In this document: piece by piece, positions 62,746 to 64,000 of the stretch | How the letters are laid out: each line of letters begins with the position of its first letter | How positions within the stretch are numbered: the stretch's first letter is position 1 | Source of the DNA: Pseudomonadota bacterium | GTDB lineage: Bacteria; UBA10199; 2-02-FULL-44-16; DYJF01 | NCBI GenBank assembly: GCA_043823065.1 | Contig: JBDRBB010000010.1 | Location: 64,001 to 128,000 of the forward strand | Reading direction: 5' to 3' | DNA: 64,000 nucleotides | The notes under the pieces: model-generated | Told to the model about the DNA's origin: nothing | Databases searched by the model: none | Seen by the model: only the letters and a program-made list of their open reading frames with translations | Translations under genes and position numbers: made by a program

Positions 62746-63921
62746 TTAATACAAAAGGAACTTCTTCCTCTTATCCATAAAAGTTTCTTCGGCTTTACTA
62801 AGCTTTGCTAACACATCAAAGCTCTCATTAATATTTTCCCTGAAAAAAGAAGAACCAGTTAACAGATCAATTGCTGGTTTATCTGAAACAAATTCATATT
62901 TTTCAGTGCGCCATTCAAAACCATGCTGATGATATAACTTATGCAAGCACCAGATAAAAGCCAGGCCAGTTAAATATGGCAAAAAAGTTTTTTCATCTAA
63001 AATTTTCCAACGTACGCCCTGGCAGGATTTCCCTGCCCATTTTTGTTTTCCAGGCACAAACTGAATTGGTTTGGCTTTAATTCCAGGTAAGTTTAATTTT
63101 TCAAATTCAGCAATTAATTTTTCAGCATGAATGAAAGGAGCACCCACCACTTCAAATGGAGAATTTGTGCCGCGACCTTCAGAAATATTGGTTCCTTCAA
63201 TTAAACACATTCCTGGATAGAGCAGGGCAGCTTCGTAAGACCGCATATTAGGCGAGGGATTGTGCCAGGCAAGTTCAGTATCTGGCCATACCCAAGATCT
63301 TGGCCAGTCTTGCAAATGGATGATTTGCAACCCACATTCAATATTATATTCTTTAACTAAGTAGTTGGCAATTTCAGCAATGGTCATTCCATGCCGAACA
63401 GGCAAGGGTCTTAAGCCCACAAAAGATTCAAAACCAGGTTTAGGCAACGCGCCTTCTAAACTTAATCCATTAAGCGGATTGGGTCTATCACAGATAATAA
63501 CTTGCTTGCCATAGTTTTGGCAGGCCTTAAGGCATAAAGCCATGGTCCAAATATAGGTATAATATCTGGAACCAATATCTTGCAGGTCAATAATTAAACA
63601 ATCAATTTGATCCAGCATTTTTTTGCGAGGACTAAGCGAGCTGAAACTATTGCCATAAAGGCTATAAACAGGAAGTGGTTTTCCAGTTTGCTCATTTGAA
63701 AATTTAGAGTCAGCAACTGATTCCATGTCTTGAGCTACAGAGCTCAAGCCGTGTTCTGGACCAAATAAGGTGGTGATTTTCAAACCCTCTTGGGCTAAAA
63801 GCAGATCTACAATGTTTTCCCCATCTGAATTAACGCTGGCCGTGTTAGCCAAAATACCTAAGCGTTTATTTTCCAGCAGATGTAAATATTCAGCGGTTAA
63901 TCTATCAAGGCCTAGCTTCAT
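62746..63921 (-). CDS. namZ: Exo-beta-N-acetylmuramidase NamZ (DUF1343) family
   Basis: FGPEHG, DLQDIGSRYYTY, DRPNP, SPNM, SEGRGT. Confidence 0.85.
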   Translation of the reverse strand: MKLGLDRLTAEYLHLLENKRLGILANTASVNSDGENIVDLLLAQEGLKITTLFGPEHGLSSVAQDMESVADSKFSNEQTGKPLPVYSLYGNSFSSLSPRKKMLDQIDCLIIDLQDIGSRYYTYIWTMALCLKACQNYGKQVIICDRPNPLNGLSLEGALPKPGFESFVGLRPLPVRHGMTIAEIANYLVKEYNIECGLQIIHLQDWPRSWVWPDTELAWHNPSPNMRSYEAALLYPGMCLIEGTNISEGRGTNSPFEVVGAPFIHAEKLIAEFEKLNLPGIKAKPIQFVPGKQKWAGKSCQGVRWKILDEKTFLPYLTGLAFIWCLHKLYHQHGFEWRTEKYEFVSDKPAIDLLTGSSFFRENINESFDVLAKLSKAEETFMDKRKKFLLY

Positions 63922-63957
63922 GTTGACAATAAATATACACTCTCATAGAGAAAGCAA

Positions 63958-64000
63958 ATGAAAATGAAAAACAGAGAAACATTATTAGATCGGTTTTTGA
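63958..64000 (+). CDS. 5' end of a gene truncated by the window (possibly peptidase T-like)
   Basis: MKMKNRETLLDRFL...; only 14 codons visible. Confidence 0.3.
   Translation, partial: MKMKNRETLLDRFL

Overview
AT-rich bacterial chromosomal segment spanning the replication origin. It is probably from a former-Deltaproteobacteria-type lineage (inferred from the parA-parB-bactofilin-atpF order, the extended AtpE and a myxobacterial-type beta-barrel). Core content: the end of atpB-atpE, tRNA-Arg(ACG), parS/parA/parB, b'/b subunits, dnaA-oriC-dnaN-gyrB, rpmH-rnpA-yidD-yidC, CIRCE-groES-groEL, peptidoglycan-recycling genes, TamB/Omp85 and a Btu-type ABC transporter with TonB. Most interesting accessory signals: (1) a translationally coupled operon of two paralogous P-loop kinase-like proteins plus a ~10-TM membrane protein; (2) a putative lysine (saccharopine) catabolic operon that uses a 2-oxoacid:ferredoxin oxidoreductase upstream of glutaryl-CoA dehydrogenase; (3) a CDP-alcohol phosphotransferase fused to a degenerate alkaline-phosphatase domain, with GbsR and a divergent radical SAM gene, bracketed by two strongly covarying ~150-nt hairpin repeats and a 23-bp inverted repeat; (4) a stand-alone lipoprotein copy of a subtilase prodomain next to its protease; (5) a sigma28-like promoter with an unusual GCAAC -35 in front of two orphan genes; (6) several REP-like families, two copies inserted in frame in proteins. 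No CRISPR, integrase or transposase was seen. All calls were made by eye, without database searches.
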